IMG/VR virus record: IMGVR_UViG_2645728091_000018
From: a virus
Taxonomy: Duplodnaviria; Heunggongvirae; Uroviricota; Caudoviricetes
Direction: 5' to 3' (one strand)
Length of the DNA: 7,448 nucleotides
Below the pieces are notes generated by a model. That model did not search any database and was not told the DNA's origin. It saw only the letters and a program-made list of their open reading frames with translations. A program made the translations under genes and the position numbers. This document shows, piece by piece, positions 5,878 to 7,448 of the stretch. Each line of letters begins with the position of its first letter. Position 1 is the first letter of the stretch.

Positions 5878-7448
5878 CGCTGGCAATAAACGAACAATGC
5901 TATGCCGTTGATGCCTGGAGGCGGGAAACCTTCGCGCCAGGCACACCGGCAGACGCGACTATCACAGAACGCCGCCTGTGGGCTGTAAACCCGCAGGATT
6001 ATGAATGGCGATCCCGGTACCTGCATGAGATACCCGACTGGTTAGCCGGGTATTTTGGCCGTCGTTACGAAAAGCTTTTTTCTGGCCGTGACGGGCGTCG
6101 CCGTGCCAATACATTCCTGCGCAAAACAATCGGTGAGAATGTATTGCCACGTCTGCGCAAAGTGGCTGCGCGTTACTCGCTGGCCGCTGATGCTGCTGAT
6201 CTTCCTTTTGGTAAGTCGCTGGAGCACTTGCCGTCACTAGACCGTCCTGATCTTAAAAAACTGGCTGGCCAGGTATCTGGCTGGATTTCCCAGTCACTTT
6301 ATGACTTCACCGAACAGTTTGATTCCGGCACTGACGACGCCAGAGAGCTGCATCGCCGCACCCTGGAATCTTACCGCCATCTTTGTGCCTGTTGCCTGAT
6401 GCTGAATAACCAGCCGCCGTACTGGGCTGAACATGAGGCCAATGAAGGTCAACTGGAAATGCGTAAGGCGGAATCCGGGATACTGCGCATGATGGCGCCG
6501 GAATGGTGGTACCTGCGTCTTAAACGTGCGCGTGATACGCAGCGCGAGCACATGGCCATTGCGGTGGGACAGGTGCAAAAAGCGGCCAGCGCTTATGTAT
6601 CCCGCAAAACACTGGGCGAATGGATAGACCAGAAAAAGCGGAATCTGGAGTTCTTTAAAAAGTTTGATCTGCTGAATGATGAGGGGATGCGCATTGCACT
6701 GGACAGCATGGTGCACCGCAGCGTTGCAAATCCGGCGATCCGTCGCTGCGAACTAATGGTAAGAATGCGAGGGTTTGAAGATATGGCCAATGAAGAAGGG
6801 CTGGCCGGTGAGTTTTACACCATCACCGCGCCATCACGTTTCCACGCAGTACACAGCAAAGGTGGCTTTGTATCGCAATGGGATGGATGTACGCCGCAGG
6901 ATACCCAGCGCTATTTATGCGGCGTATGGGCAAAAGCACGCGCAGCGATCTCGCGTGCGGGTATTCATGTCTTTGGGTTTCGGGTTGTTGAGCCTCACCA
7001 TGACGGGACACCGCACTGGCATATGTTGCTTTTTATGCGTCCGCAGGACGTGGACACGGTACGCGATATTCTTTGCTATCACGCCAGAATTACCGATTCT
7101 GAAGAACTGCAATCTGAAAAGGCGCTGAAGGCGCGTTTTCATGTTGAAGCTATCGATCCCGCCAAAGGTTCGGCCACGGGCTACATCGCGAAATACATTT
7201 CAAAAAATATTGATGGTTTTGCGCTGGATGGTGAGCAGGACGAAGAAACCGGCGAAAACCTGCGTGATATGGCTAAGTCCGTTTCCGCGTGGGCTTCACG
7301 CTGGCGTATTCGCCAGTTTCAGCAGATTGGTGGTGCGCCGGTAACCGTCTGGCGTGAGCTGCGTCGGTTGCGGGATCAGGTACTGACAGATCGCAGAATG
7401 GATGCGGTTCTGGCCGCTGCTGATGTCGGGGACTGGGCTGCATATTGA
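5874..7448 (+). CDS. A: Rolling-circle replication initiator endonuclease (P2 gpA / 186 A family)
   Basis: HUH motif in EPHHDGTPHWHMLLF and paired active-site tyrosines in GYIAKYISKN (Y437, Y441; Y-x3-Y spacing as in P2 A). ATG overlaps the dam stop (ATGA). ORF ends with TGA exactly at the window edge (524 aa). Confidence 0.88.
   Translation: MTLAINEQCYAVDAWRRETFAPGTPADATITERRLWAVNPQDYEWRSRYLHEIPDWLAGYFGRRYEKLFSGRDGRRRANTFLRKTIGENVLPRLRKVAARYSLAADAADLPFGKSLEHLPSLDRPDLKKLAGQVSGWISQSLYDFTEQFDSGTDDARELHRRTLESYRHLCACCLMLNNQPPYWAEHEANEGQLEMRKAESGILRMMAPEWWYLRLKRARDTQREHMAIAVGQVQKAASAYVSRKTLGEWIDQKKRNLEFFKKFDLLNDEGMRIALDSMVHRSVANPAIRRCELMVRMRGFEDMANEEGLAGEFYTITAPSRFHAVHSKGGFVSQWDGCTPQDTQRYLCGVWAKARAAISRAGIHVFGFRVVEPHHDGTPHWHMLLFMRPQDVDTVRDILCYHARITDSEELQSEKALKARFHVEAIDPAKGSATGYIAKYISKNIDGFALDGEQDEETGENLRDMAKSVSAWASRWRIRQFQQIGGAPVTVWRELRRLRDQVLTDRRMDAVLAAADVGDWAAY

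Noticed and set aside
5962-7344. Multiple short ORFs on both strands within the A gene (5962..6237, 6042..6227, 6055..6240, 6294..6716, 6593..6790, 6775..7128, 6823..7011, 6915..7142, 7141..7344)
   Set aside because: Embedded in the replication-initiator gene, which carries HUH and tyrosine motifs in the called frame; treated as shadow ORFs.
1-7448. GATC depletion or enrichment as a signature of the phage Dam
   Set aside because: By eye I found on the order of thirty GATC sites, close to the roughly 1 per 256 bp random expectation; no obvious bias. A precise count should be computed.
1-7448. CRISPR array, insertion sequence or transposon
   Set aside because: No regularly spaced direct repeats, no terminal inverted repeats bracketing a transposase-like ORF, and no transposase motifs in any frame examined.

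Overview
This window reads as the immunity and early-replication end of a 186/P2-family temperate phage, probably an integrated prophage in an enterobacterial host. From left to right: an AT-rich att-arm-like region (1..296); a tyrosine integrase and a CI-type repressor on the minus strand; a short face-to-face switch region; then one long plus-strand operon of tightly coupled genes: apl/cox-like excisionase, cII, four small genes of unknown function (one absent from the ORF track), a DnaQ-like 3'-5' exonuclease, an ASCH/PUA-like protein, a Dam-family N6-adenine methyltransferase and the rolling-circle replication initiator (P2 gpA family). Core gene calls rest on motifs I can read directly in the translations and on the conserved 186 gene order. 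The most interesting items are the exonuclease-ASCH-Dam cassette inserted just upstream of the replication gene, an SOS-box-like palindrome inside the switch, and the uncharacterised genes sitting where 186 carries fil/dhr. No rRNA, tRNA, CRISPR array or transposase was found. All homology statements are from memory of protein families, not from a search.
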